Shown: positions 1-12,444, counted from the whole stretch's first letter. The stretch is 62,997 nt of DNA, filler included, from Octopus bimaculoides (GCF_001194135.2; 9 parts of 9 records of this genome joined end to end with filler, not necessarily neighbours in it), one strand, 5' to 3'. The notes: generated by a model from the letters alone, not told the origin. A program made the numbers and translations.

Positions 1-247
<247 letters not shown>

Positions 248-255
248 ACGACATC

Positions 256-395
256 TTTCAGTGGTCCACCAAATCCACTGGCCTTTGGTCGCCCCAAGGC
301 TATAGTAGAAGACACTTTCCTCAGGTGCCACGCAGTTGGACTGAACCCAGAACCATGTCGGTGGGAAGCGACTTCTTACCAGACAGCCACGCCTA
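256..395 (-). mobile_element. tRNA-derived SINE, 5' half (abundant family, here called family A)
   Basis: ccaaatccact...ggctatagtagaagacact...aggtgccacgcagt.ggactgaaccc; same sequence recurs at 6010, 13871, 48175, 52366, 52485. Confidence 0.85.
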
Positions 396-1852
396 TGTAT
401 ATGTACGTATATGTATGTATATGGGTGTATGCATACGCATGCAACTGTATGTATATGTGTGTATATGTATGTATTTGGGTGTATGTTTGTGTGTTGTACT
501 TATCTAAATATATGCGTGTTTTCATGAATATGTTTATAATGTGTTAGCATGTATGTGTATGTTTGTATGTGTGAATGTATGTATGCATGTGTGAACGTAT
601 GTATGCATGTTTATGTAAATGCTTATATGTCTATGTGTGTGTGTGTGTGCGTGTCTATACATCTGTAAGTGTACAAAAATGAATATATGTGTGTAAGTTT
701 ATATGTATGCAGATGTTTGCACGACTACGTGCATGTTTACATGCACATTTTTAATTGTTTGTAAATGTTTGCGTATAAAAAATTGTTTTTGTGTACATAT
801 ATTTGTTTATGTGTATGTTTATGTGCTTTTTTTGTCGGTATTTTGTTTGTATACTTGAGTATGTATCTGTTTGTTTCTGAATGTGTGTGTGTGTGTTTTG
901 GTTGTATACTTGTGTATGTGTGTGCATGTGCGTGCGCGAGCGTGTATTTTGTATGTATTTGTATGTCTATATGAGTGTGCGTTTACGATTAGAGGTGTAT
1001 GTGCATGTCTGTTTCTGTTTCTGTATATGTGTGTTTATATGCATGTGTCTCTATATATCCCCGTCTGTGCATATGTGTGTCTGTGTGTATGTGTCATATG
1101 TTTATATGTGTGAATCTATATGCGTCTGTATATGTGAATGTGTCTGCTTTGTATGCGTTTGTAAATAAGCNNNNNNNNNNNNNNNNNNNNNNNNNNNNNN
1201 NNNNNNNNNNNNNNNNNNNNNNNNNNNNNNNNNNNNNNNNNNNNNNNNNNNNNNNNNNNNNNNNNNNNNNNNNNNNNNNNNNNNNNNNNNNNNNNNNNNN
1301 NNNNNNNNNNNNNNNNNNNNNNNNNNNNNNNNNNNNNNNNNNNNNNNNNNNNNNNNNNNNNNNNNNNNNNNNNNNNNNNNNNNNNNNNNNNNNNNNNNNN
1401 NNNNNNNNNNNNNNNNNNNNNNNNNNNNNNNNNNNNNNNNNNNNNNNNNNNNNNNNNNNNNNNNNNNNNNNNNNNNNNNNNNNNNNNNNNNNNNNNNNNN
1501 NNNNNNNNNNNNNNNNNNNNNNNNNNNNNNNNNNNNNNNNNNNNNNNNNNNNNNNNNNNNNNNNNNNNNNNNNNNNNNNNNNNNNNNNNNNNNNNNNNNN
1601 NNNNNNNNNNNNNNNNNNNNNNNNNNNNNNNNNNNNNNNNNNNNNNNNNNNNNNNNNNNNNNNNNNNNNNNNNNNNNNNNNNNNNNNNNNNNNNNNNNNN
1701 NNNNNNNNNNNNNNNNNNNNNNNNNNNNNNNNNNNNNNNNNNNNNNNNNNNNNNNNNNNNNNNNNNNNNNNNNNNNNNNNNNNNNNNNNNNNNNNNNNNN
1801 NNNNNNNNNNNNNNNNNNNNNNNNNNNNNNNNNNNNNAAGGGTGAAAGAGTG

Positions 1853-1890
<38 letters not shown>

Positions 1891-2363
1891 GGGTAAAACA
1901 GAGGGAGAAAGAAGTAGAGGAGGAGGTAGAAAGAAAGTGGGGGAGAGAAAGTAGGAGAAGAATGAGTTGAGGGGAGTATTGTAATTACACCCAATACCTG
2001 CTGTGTCATCCACATGTGTGTGTGTGTGTGTGTGTGTATTTGTGAATATGTATAAACAAAATCATACACACATTCATAGATATTTACCATATATTTACTT
2101 ACACAGACTCACTTTCAATGTGTATGTATGTACGTACGTATATGTATATGTATGCCGTATGCGCATATGTATGTATATGTATACAAATATATACATATAC
2201 ACACATTATATATATATGTATATATGTATTCACATATGTGTATGATTACACACACACTCACACACATACACACACACACACACACACATGTACGTGTCTG
2301 GCGAGTTTGGTTCGTTTGATGAGCCGATGAAACTTGGAACCGAATCAAACTGTTATCAAATAA

Positions 2364-2695
2364 TAGGGTGTTCACACTAAATTTGACGAATTTTAAATGT
2401 CTCCCGTTTTCAGGAACAGCTTAAGGTATTGGTGATCAGTCATCGTGGAGACCTTAAAGGTTAAAGTTATTGTTGAGTAAAAATTAACTGACATGGAGAA
2501 CTGGAAGCCATCTGACTATTGTTGGAAAGAAATTGCCAGTGTCGTGATGATTTACGCCGGGCAACAAAATGGCGACATCATGGTTGCTGCACACTGCTAT
2601 GTAAACACTGTATAGGCTGTAAAACATGACAACTGCAACGAAAACTATTAATCCGTAGCCAGCAGGAAGGGACAGAGCAGGCGTTCTGACCGTGT
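2364..2695 (+). mobile_element. Tc1/mariner-superfamily element, 5' end with decayed N-terminal transposase
   Basis: TIR-like start (t/c)agggtgttcacactaaatttgacg; reads MENWKPSD...AGQQNGDIMVAAHCYVNTV*...ASRKGQSRRSDRV. Confidence 0.55.
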
Positions 2696-3106
2696 CTACA
2701 CGAAGGAGCTAGGTCCGAACTATATACTGGGTGTAGCATCAGTTCGATTCCCTCAAATTCCTGGAGTTTATTCCAGGTCGTTTGGGCGGTATGACGTCTT
2801 TTGTTGTCTTGCTGCAGAAAAGCACGCGTTCTCTTAACCAATGTGGAGTATGTTTTGTTGTACATTGATATACAACCGCACCAGCTGTTCAGAGTACTGG
2901 TTGGTATCGATAATTCGACCGTCCAGAACGAACTTGTAATGAATTATCCCTTTATAATTCCACCAGTCATAGAATTTCACCTTGTGTTCGAAACGCCCGT
3001 GTTTAGCGACAGGTTCTGGAAGCTGGCCGTTGCTCAACCACTGCTTATGCACGATAAGATTGAGGGAAAATATCTCCCGTGGATTATCACTTGTTCCAAT
3101 GCATGA
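2696..3106 (-). mobile_element. Mariner (DD34D-type) transposase catalytic core, inverted fragment
   Basis: Minus strand: CIGTSD...KQWLSNGQLPEPVAK...WWNYKGIIHYKFV...FLQQDNKRRHTA...LMLHPVYSSDLAPS (QDN and YSxDLAP motifs). Confidence 0.9.
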
Positions 3107-3345
3107 CTCGCTTCTTGCGCGTCCTCAACAAAGGGGAGGTGGAAACTTCAATGAAGGAATTCTTTGCCTCGAAGGGCAAGAACTAGTATCAGCGTGAGAT
3201 CAAAGAGCTGGCAGAAAGGTGGCTTCAGACGGTGCAGCACCATGGCCTCTAGTTTTAAATGCTAGGCTGGTTTTTTTTTTCGTAACTAGACAAATGAAGT
3301 AAATAAGTGACCAAAATATTGCAAAACTTTTGACTCAACACAATA
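3107..3345 (+). mobile_element. Mariner transposase C-terminus and 3' TIR
   Basis: SLLARPQQ then EVETSMKEFFASKGKN*YQREIKELAERWLQTVQHHGL; ends aaaacttttgactcaacacaata, a mariner-type TIR followed by TA. Confidence 0.85.
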
Positions 3346-3422
3346 GATGTATGTATGTATGTATGTGTGTATGTATGTATGTTTGTATGAATGCATGTGT
3401 GTATGCATGTATATGTATATAT

Positions 3423-3453
<31 letters not shown>

Positions 3454-4299
3454 AACAATATATGAGTATATGCATATATATGTACATGTATGTACATACC
3501 TTCATCTACATGTACATTATATATAAATAAAAATAAAAAATAAAAAAGGGGTTTGTATGATAGTGTCTAGAGGAATATATTATTTAAAAGAGTTCCAACT
3601 CTGTCTGTTTTTTATGTTTTATTTATATTCATATAAAATTAAAGTGGGATATAGAATATGGAATATATAATATAAATAGTAAAATGAAATGAAGTATTGA
3701 ATGTCTTATNNNNNNNNNNNNNNNNNNNNNNNNNNNNNNNNNNNNNNNNNNNNNNNNNNNNNNNNNNNNNNNNNNNNNNNNNNNNNNNNNNNNNNNNNNN
3801 NNNNNNNNNNNNNNNNNNNNNNNNNNNNNNNNNNNNNNNNNNNNNNNNNNNNNNNNNNNNNNNNNNNNNNNNNNNNNNNNNNNNNNNNNNNNNNNNNNNN
3901 NNNNNNNNNNNNNNNNNNNNNNNNNNNNNNNNNNNNNNNNNNNNNNNNNNNNNNNNNNNNNNNNNNNNNNNNNNNNNNNNNNNNNNNNNNNNNNNNNNNN
4001 NNNNNNNNNNNNNNNNNNNNNNNNNNNNNNNNNNNNNNNNNNNNNNNNNNNNNNNNNCATATATATATATATATATATATATGCATGTGTATGTGTGTGT
4101 GTGTATGAATCAGCATTCTATCAAATGCGCACTGATTTGTGGTACTGACTTGACCCATGCTGCATTTCTTCATCAATGAACGGAAATCAGCTGAGATAGA
4201 AATCTTTACAATAAAATGGACTCAAAGCCTCTCTATAAAAGAGATTATAAAACCGAAGCAATTCATACAGATAATTATTTCTAGTAAAGGCTCAAGGCT

Positions 4300-4465
4300 T
4301 GATAATTTGGGGGAAGAAGGATAATCGATTATATCCTCAACTGATACATATTTCGTCGACTCCGAAAGGATGAAAGACAAAGTCGACTCTAGCGGAATTT
4401 GAACTCAGAATGCAAAGACGGACAAAATGCTGTCAAGCAGTTTATCAGGTGTGGCAGAATTTGCA
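4300..4465 (-). mobile_element. tRNA-derived SINE (family B; conserved core gcctttcatcctttcggggtcgat)
   Basis: gtcgac.ccgaaaggatgaaag.caaagtcgac...gaatttgaactcagaa (reverse-strand B box). Confidence 0.85.
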
Positions 4466-4568
4466 CCATGAACAAACACACACACACACACACACACGTA
4501 TGCACGCACCTATAGTATGTTTGTGTGTGTGTGTGCTTGTGTGTGAGTGTGCGTGCCTGTTTAAGGAT

Positions 4569-4668
4569 NNNNNNNNNNNNNNNNNNNNNNNNNNNNNNNN
4601 NNNNNNNNNNNNTTAATTAATTAANNNNNNNNNNNNNNNNNNNNNNNNNNNNNNNNNNNNNNNNNNNN
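4569..4668. other. Artificial scaffold-joining spacer (44 N + TTAATTAATTAA + 44 N)
   Basis: Identical 100-bp structure recurs at 7248, 9061, 13738, 15611, 35124, 36424, 38130; the palindromic 12-mer gives stops in all six frames. Confidence 0.95.
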
Positions 4669-4850
4669 ATTCACACATATATTTATCTATATTCAGATTT
4701 TTATATATATTGATATTTATATTTCGTATATTTATATTTTAAATTTATTATGTTGTCACGTGTCATGTTGGATGTATGTCTTTCAAAATATTAAATATTG
4801 ATTTCCTGAGTATATTATTGATGAGTTTATGAATTTATTAATAATATAAA

Positions 4851-4891
<41 letters not shown>

Positions 4892-5289
4892 TTCTGGCCT
4901 CATCTCAAGGCACTGTTCTTTCCTCTTCCTTCCTTCTTCGTTTATTTTATTTTATTTTACATAATTTTGTATTTGCTTTCACTTTGATGAAGCTCCATGT
5001 ACTAGATCGAATGTGCTATAAAGATGGTGAATATTCTTTTCGGAATTTTCTTTGTAAGCACCAGTTGACATCGGTAGCCAAAATGGCTGTAAATGTTATG
5101 TAATGTTATGTTATGTTTTGTATTAAAATATAATTAACCAACGTTAGTCAATTTGTTTGTTTGGTGATCAAAAGTTTTCTCCATTTTCTGCTTATTTAAA
5201 TTTGATTCTGGATAAACTTTTGTTAATTCAGTTATTACCTGTACCCTATGAGCATAGAGTACTTGCATACCCATGCCCAGGGATAGCAT

Positions 5290-5520
5290 AGGTAAAGACT
5301 ATATTCTCCATTAACGTTCCTTTGACAGCACTCTTATGTGTCCAAAGCTTGCACTAGGTACAACATATGGAGTTTCTATCAACACCTTTCTTACATATCA
5401 GGCAAGACCATCTCCCAGAAGGAACTTGTGGTTTGTCTGTTTTCCTTCTTACTAGGACTTTGCTAAATTAACCCTAAGGCTCATAGATTCCAGACCTTGT
5501 TTCCACACCTGAAATTTCTT

Positions 5521-5525
<5 letters not shown>
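5290..5525 (-). mobile_element. RTE-clade LINE fragment, post-RT region
   Basis: Minus strand reads KFQVWKQGLESMSLRVNLAK, then a decayed Cys-rich segment. Confidence 0.7.
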
Positions 5526-5551
<26 letters not shown>

Positions 5552-5554
<3 letters not shown>

Positions 5555-5833
5555 CCACAGATGGAATTTACAACTATTTTAATGCATTGCTATGCATGTT
5601 TCCACAAATCACATGTTTCTTATGATCATAGTCTGTATTCCTGGGATTATAGTTCATGTGTTCGTTTCCACAAACAATATGGCATTATGTCTAAGGAAAT
5701 AAACATGAACTATGATCCACCCAATGTCCATGGACACTACTGACTGTACTGCAATCATCCCAGGAATATGGACTATGAGTGTAAGAAACATGTAGTGATG
5801 CATTAAAATATTCATAAATTCCATCCATGGATT
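5552..5833. mobile_element. MITE-like element with long inverted arms and an internal hairpin
   Basis: aatccacagatggaattt...ttttaatgcat...acatgtttctt...tcctggga mirrored by tcccagga...aagaaacatgt...atgcattaaaa...aaattccatccatggatt. Confidence 0.7.
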
Positions 5834-6009
5834 ATTTTTATTATATTTATCCTACATTATATTGGAACAGCTTGGCACAACCCCATAAAACTACTATTGC
5901 AAGTTGGCATCATTAGACTGTAGCCAACATAATAAAATAGGAGCCTTTATATGCTTACTCAAAAATGTTTCCTGTAAACAAACTTAAAGGATATATAATA
6001 TATATATAT

Positions 6010-6165
6010 GATGGACTTCTTTCCAGTTTCTGCATACCAAATTCCCTCACAGGGCTTTGGGCAGCCTTGGGCTATAATAAAAGACAGAGCCCAAGGTATC
6101 ACACAGTGGAACTGAACCTGGACCACATGGTTGCTAAGTAAACTTGCTAATCACACAGCCTACCT
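6010..6165 (-). mobile_element. SINE family A, 5' half
   Basis: Matches copies at 256 and 48175. Confidence 0.8.
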
Positions 6166-6203
6166 ATGTCATGAAGTTGAAATGGAAGTGAGAAAGCATT
6201 TAC

Positions 6204-6307
6204 CTGTGTGAGGTGAGTATGACTGATCGACCAGATTTTACAAGATCTATAATTAGATTCCAGAGGAACCGTCTGGAATATGGATCCATGCCTGTGGTAG
6301 GTTCATC
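6204..6307 (-). CDS. ABCA2: ABCA-subfamily transporter (ABCA2/ABCA1-like), NBD2 exon with Walker B/D-loop and H-loop
   Basis: ttttattccAG acceptor, GTaaat donor; [34 protein letters not shown](S), 104 nt, in phase with the preceding exon. Confidence 0.92.
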
Positions 6308-6429
6308 CTGGAATAAAAATGTAGACAGATATAAATTATGGAAACCAAGGAATGTGAATTACACAAATGTAAAAATAAACATTCTTGATATTCTTGCCAA
6401 TAATAAACAATAGCAAAATTCTATCATAC

Positions 6430-6564
6430 CATAAAAATAACTGGAGGATTTCCGATTAGTGCTATGGCAGTGGATAGCTTCCGTTTATTTCCACCACTGT
6501 AAGTGCCTGATGCCTTGTCTGCAAATTCAGTCAAAGCTAATTTCTTTAGAGCCTGCTTGACAAC
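6430..6564 (-). CDS. ABCA2: ABCA-subfamily transporter (ABCA2/ABCA1-like), NBD2 signature-motif exon
   Basis: ttttttctttcAG acceptor, GTatga donor; 45 codons [45 protein letters not shown]. Confidence 0.93.
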
Positions 6565-6944
6565 CTGAAAGAAAAAATAGTTAATATCAGGTCTTTTCAA
6601 ATCATCATCATTATCACAAACATTAATAAGTTTTGTCTGAAATATTAGTACAGTTTAAATAGAGTTATTTATAACAAAATCTTGCCTTCATATCATATAA
6701 CTAATAACTTCACATCCTTGAAAAGTTTCTTGTCTTAGATACTAGTGAAGCCTTTGCTCACATCTAAAATGAGAACCTAAGCTTTGTTGCCCATCAATTG
6801 ATTGTTCTTATCATTACTCATTCCCAATTCCATACAAAACAATTTTCTCAATCACATATTCCATGGGCCGCAAACTTTTGGAATTTCTTTCCTACCCATA
6901 GAAAAATAAGGAAGTCAGTGAATGAATGATATCATTTTAACTTA

Positions 6945-7247
6945 TCATCATCATCATCGTTTAACGTCCGCCTTCCATGCTAGCATGGGTTGGACGATTT
7001 GACTGAGGACTGGTGAAACCGGATGGCAACACCAGGCTCCAATCTAATTTGGCAGAGTTTCTACAGCTGGATGCCCTTCCTAACGCCAACCAGTCAGAGA
7101 GTGTAGTGGGTGCTTTTACGTGTCACCCGCACGAAAACGGCCACACTCGAAATGGTGTCTTTTATGTGCCACCCGCACAAGAGCCAGTCCAGGGGCACTG
7201 GCAACGATCTCGCTCGATTTCCCTACAAAGGCCAGTCAGGCGGTATA
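6945..7247 (-). mobile_element. SINE/retroposon family C with (GAT)n tail and internal subrepeats; probable RTE-type 3' end
   Basis: (cat)n cgtttaacgtccg...ccatgctagcatgggttggacg...ggatgcccttcctaacgccaacc; near-identical opposite-strand copy at 36524-36752. Confidence 0.85.
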
Positions 7248-7347
7248 NNNNNNNNNNNNNNNNNNNNNNNNNNNNNNNNNNNNNNNNNNNNTTAATTAAT
7301 TAANNNNNNNNNNNNNNNNNNNNNNNNNNNNNNNNNNNNNNNNNNNN
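7248..7347. other. Artificial scaffold-joining spacer
   Basis: 44 N + TTAATTAATTAA + 44 N. Confidence 0.95.
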
Positions 7348-7349
7348 AA

Positions 7350-7625
7350 CAGAATCCCGGGCCGACCAACTCCTTGTGAGTGAATTCGGTAGACGGAAAC
7401 TGTATGGAAACCGTTCGCGCGCGCGTGTGTGTGTGTGTGTGTGTGTGTGTATCTTCGGTGTCTGTGCTTTTCCCCGACTCTAGCTTGACAAACGCCTTTG
7501 TTTTGTTAACAACGCCAGTAACTTCTCGGTTCGGCATAAGACGCAGATAGAATAAGTACCAGACCCAAGAGAAACATAAGTACTGGGATCGAATCGTTCG
7601 AGGTAGTGCCCTAGTATGGTCACAG
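7350..7625 (+). mobile_element. SINE family A, central and 3' part
   Basis: ccttgtgagtgaattcggtagacggaaactg, (gt)n, cttgacaa...gatagaataagtacca. Confidence 0.75.
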
Positions 7626-7994
7626 AAAGAGATAAAACGCAAAAGATTAAAGAAAGAATGTATAAAATGTTGCATTCTTTCTTGAAAGCACCGCTTGGCT
7701 TCTAAAGGAAGAAGAATCCATCTGGGGGAAAAAAATAATATAAAATAAATCTCGTAAAAACATGAAAAAGAATGCCTGAAAGTAAAAGAATGCCTGAAAT
7801 ACAAATATTGTTTTATTATCGTGTAGCAGGCATCAAGCTAGACATTCAGGAGTTTCTGCTGGCAGATCGTTCATAACCAGGAAATCTTGGTAAGTTTCCA
7901 AACTGTTTGAGAGATATAAAACACGTCCGTTCAAGCCACGGCGCGATAACAACAACAACAATAACAAGAACAACAACAACAATATAGGAAGAAG

Positions 7995-8408
7995 GCCTGG
8001 AACTTTTGAGAGGGGGTAAGTTGATTACATCGACCCCAGTGCGTAACAGGTACTTATTTCATCGACCCCTAAAGGATGAAATGTAAAGTTAATCTCGGCA
8101 GAATTTGAACCCAGAACGTGAAAGATAGACGAAATACTGCTAAGTACGTTGCCCAGCGTGTCAGCTGGATGAATTCTGCCAGCTTATAATCATTCCTGAT
8201 AAAAGCACAAAGCACGAAATGTTTGGGAGAGAGGAATAGTCGATTACATCGACCCCCGTGCTCAACTGTTACCTGATTCATGGACCCCGAAAAAAATGAA
8301 GGGCAAAGTCGACCTGGGCACAATTTGAACCCAGAACGTAAAGACGGACGAAATGCCGCTAAGCTTTTCACCCGGCATGCTAAATATTCTGCCAGCTCGC
8401 TGCCTTAA
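7995..8408 (-). mobile_element. Two tandem SINE family B copies
   Basis: gattacatcgacccc...ggatgaaa...gaatttgaacccagaacgt...ttctgccagct occurs twice (about 8020-8185 and 8240-8408). Confidence 0.85.
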
Positions 8409-8451
8409 CAACAACAATAATAATAATAATGATAATAATAATATTATTAAT

Positions 8452-8770
8452 AAATTTAGAAACTTTCAAAATACAAAGACCTGGAAATAGAGGTAACTCG
8501 AATGTGGAATATAAAAACACAAACAATTCCTATCATAATAGGTGCCTTAGGCATAATAAAAAAATATTCAGACAAATACATAACAAAAACACCAGGACTT
8601 ACAGATATATATAACACAGAAAATTGCACTACTGGACACTGCACACATCCTACGCAAAACACTTTCAATACAGTAACCATAAGAGCATCACAGCAAACCA
8701 CAGCACATACCCAAGGCGCACAGAGCTGCGCTCGGTAGTGAAGTGAAAGCACGTTATAAAAATAAAACTA

Positions 8771-8820
<50 letters not shown>

Positions 8821-8850
8821 TGATGATAATAATAATGATAATAATAATAA
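8452..8850 (+). mobile_element. 3' end of an R4/NeSL-type (restriction-like endonuclease) non-LTR retrotransposon with (AAT)n tail
   Basis: KDLEIEVTRMWNIKTQTIPIIIGALGIIKK..., followed by 3' UTR and (aat)n at about 8775-8850. Confidence 0.8.
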
Positions 8851-8877
8851 TGACAATACTAATTTTTTCTACTAAAG

Positions 8878-9059
8878 CAGGGGTCTCCAAAGTGGTCGAT
8901 ATCGACCCTGGGGATCGATGGGACTATTCAAGGGGTCGATAAATGCACATCTACTTTATTATTATTATTTATTTATTTTCTTGTACATATTTGGGCGTCG
9001 ATGAGGGGTCAAGTATTTCACGAAGGGGTCGATGGTCTAAAAAAGTTTGGGGACCCATG
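8878..9059. mobile_element. hAT (Charlie-type) MITE, 182 bp
   Basis: TIRs CAGGGGTCTCCAAA and TTTGGGGACCCATG; right TSD lost in the spacer. Confidence 0.75.
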
Positions 9060-9060
9060 T

Positions 9061-9160
9061 NNNNNNNNNNNNNNNNNNNNNNNNNNNNNNNNNNNNNNNN
9101 NNNNTTAATTAATTAANNNNNNNNNNNNNNNNNNNNNNNNNNNNNNNNNNNNNNNNNNNN
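9061..9160. other. Artificial scaffold-joining spacer
   Basis: 44 N + TTAATTAATTAA + 44 N. Confidence 0.95.
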
Positions 9161-9196
<36 letters not shown>

Positions 9197-9201
<5 letters not shown>

Positions 9202-9276
9202 ATTCCTTGCCATATCGTGGGTCATCTATCACAGGGGTTTTTGAACATAACACCCATGATAGTCGAGGGATTACTG
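9197..9276. mobile_element. Miniature Tigger/pogo-type MITE
   Basis: agtaattccttgccatatc ... gatagtcgagggattactg followed by TA. Confidence 0.6.
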
Positions 9277-11203
9277 TATGTATATATGTGTGTGTGTGTG
9301 TGTATGTAGGCAAAGTTAGTGGTTATAATAACTGACAAAGGGATAAAATATCTGTATATACTATCGGTATCCATTACCCATGTTATCTCTGGGCATGGGT
9401 ATGCAGGCACTCTATGCTCATAGAGCACAGGTAACGACAGAGAACTTAGATATTCTACCATATAGTTTAATACCCCTAACAACTACTTTAAATCTGAAAT
9501 TTTATTTAAATTTTAACTTTATCTTTCTTGTTTTCTCTATCCTCTAGCACCTTTTATACCATGCATGTATTTGTTGGCACTTGATGTAATTTGGACTTAA
9601 TTCTCTACTAACTTATTGCCCTTCCTCCACTTTGAGTAGACATTAATTAGCCCTACACATTTAGGAACAACATTACCCCCATGTTTGATTTATTTATTTT
9701 ATTTATTATATTTTATTTATGGATCAGCATGCACTTGGCACTATGGTAGCTGTGCTTACCAGGAGATATTTGTAAAATTTGGTTTTACTATGGAGGACTG
9801 AAAGTGTCACCTGTTGATTGAAATAGTATGTCTGCACCCACTTAAAGTCAATATAATTTGTAATTTGTAATTTTAAAATTTTTAATCTAATTTTAGGGAA
9901 AAGTAATGCATATTAAGAATATTGTTTCAATATGAAAACTTTATTCATAGTGCTAATTTGTTAGTGGACCTAGTATAACTGCACCCAAATAAGGGTCAAT
10001 ATAATCTTTTCAATTATTATATTTAATGATAATATAACGCTTATTAAGCATATATAGTATACTGTTTGAACATGAGAATTATATTCATAATAATGACTAA
10101 CATTCGATTTGGTCTTAAATATTAACTGCTTAAATGTTAGTGGTTTTATAATTGTGCATTGTAGTGTACCTATAAGATAGAATTTTCTTACGTACCTATA
10201 TACATCTAATTATTACCACAATTTGCTATATATGATGTTAAGTCCAATATTATTTTTTTAGTTGTTTTTCATATTGATTCTCTGTAATACCTGTACTAGT
10301 TGCCTCCCCTTAACTATAAGTCTTGTCTAGTGCCCATTTGACTGTTTTCCCCATGTATGTTATATTGATAAGCTGCAGAAGGACATAAGCAGCCCTGTGC
10401 CACTTATATCATTCTCTTCTCCAAATACCCTTTACTTATTTTCTTATTTATTTTATCTTTATTTACATATCCATTGAATTGGTTTTCACTTATGCCCTCG
10501 GTTCAAATATAATTGACCAATTGTAGAGATCACTAGACTTAACCTGTCCCATTGCGGACAACGGGTGAGGTTCTCTGTAATATTTCTGTGAGTACACTAC
10601 TTTAAGCACTCTACAGTAATGTTTTGGATACATTTTAACTTGAGTTTTTTCACTAGCATAGGTAATGCCCTTTGACAGTCACGTTAGTAAGTTTCCTTGT
10701 ATTATTATTTTTTTGAAAATTTCAAACATCTTGGTTCCCTCTTTATATTGGAATTACCCATAAAATTTTTTTTTTTTTTACTCCCTGGACCAGTACTAGT
10801 TCACTCTCTTACCTACGGACTTAGTAGCCCCAAGACAGTAGATTATATGCTTTTGATATTTTGGGCTTCTAGACATCTTTTCTCAGCCGTGTTTTCTTTC
10901 CTATTCCTTCTTCCTTTACTTTATTTTGGATGCTTTTGCTTTACTCTGATGAAGCACAGTGCCCTGATTTAAATGTCCTATGAAGATGAAGAATTTTATT
11001 TTCGCAATTATTTGCAGACATTGATTGGCATCATATACAGACATGGACATAAGGTTTGTTATGTCACATAAATGTTATGTCATGTTTTGTATTAAATAAT
11101 AGGCTATAAATGTGGTCCAATTGATGTGCTTGTTGTTCTGAGGTTTTCTCCATTTTCTGATGATGTGTGTGTGTGTGTGTGTGTGTGTGTATTTATGTGT
11201 GTA

Positions 11204-11240
<37 letters not shown>

Positions 11241-12444
11241 GTGTGTATATATGTACATATATATGTATATTTATGTGAATATATATATATATNNNNNNNN
11301 NNNNNNNNNNNNNNNNNNNNNNNNNNNNNNNNNNNNNNNNNNNNNNNNNNNNNNNNNNNNNNNNNNNNNNNNNNNNNNNNNNNNNNNNNNNNNNNNNNNN
11401 NNNNNNNNNNNNNNNNNNNNNNNNNNNNNNNNNNNNNNNNNNNNNNNNNNNNNNNNNNNNNNNNNNNNNNNNNNNNNNNNNNNNNNNNNNNNNNNNNNNN
11501 NNNNNNNNNNNNNNNNNNNNNNNNNNNNNNNNNNNNNNNNNNNNNNNNNNNNNNNNNNNNNNNNNNNNNNNNNNNNNNNNNNNNNNNNNNNNNNNNNNNN
11601 NNNNNNNNNNNNNNNNNNNNNNNNNNNNNNNNNNNNNNNNNNNNNNNNNNNNNNNNNNNNNNNNNNNNNNNNNNNNNNNNNNNNNNNNNNNNNNNNNNNN
11701 NNNNNNNNNNNNNNNNNNNNNNNNNNNNNNNNNNNNNNNNNNNNNNNNNNNNNNNNNNNNNNNNNNNNNNNNNNNNNNNNNNNNNNNNNNNNNNNNNNNN
11801 NNNNNNNNNNNNNNNNNNNNNNNNNNNNNNNNNNNNNNNNNNNNNNNNNNNNNNNNNNNNNNNNNNNNNNNNNNNNNNNNNNNNNNNNNNNNNNNNNNNN
11901 NNNNNNNNNNNNNNNNNNNNNNNNNNNNNNNNNNNNNNNNNNNNNNNNNNNNNNNNNNNNNNNNNNNNNNNNNNNNNNNNNNNNNNNNNNNNNNNNNNNN
12001 NNNNNNNNNNNNNNNNNNNNNNNNNNNNNNNNNNNNNNNNNNNNNNNNNNNNNNNNNNNNNNNNNNNNNNNNNNNNNNNNNNNNNNNNNNNNNNNNNNNN
12101 NNNNNNNNNNNNNNNNNNNNNNNNNNNNNNNNNNNNNNNNNNNNNNNNNNNNNNNNNNNNNNNNNNNNNNNNNNNNNNNNNNNNNNNNNNNNNNNNNNNN
12201 NNNNNNNNNNNNNNNNNNNNNNNNNNNNNNNNNNNNNNNNNNNNNNNNNNNNNNNNNNNNGGTACATTATTATATATTTGAAAAAATGAGTACAGATGGC
12301 CTTCTTTGTGGCATAATTATAGAAATAAAGATTATCCCCACCACCACCACCACCAAACCAATGCAAACATTTTTCCAAAATTCAGGTGTATTTTCAAAAA
12401 CAGGTTTTGGCAAATTCAGGTGCATTTTCAAAAAGAAATTCTAT

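Noticed and set aside
9340-11160. Coding region in AT-rich sequence sharing short blocks with 4980-5300
   Set aside because: Shared blocks point to a decayed repeat, possibly Penelope-like; no readable protein motif, so left unannotated.
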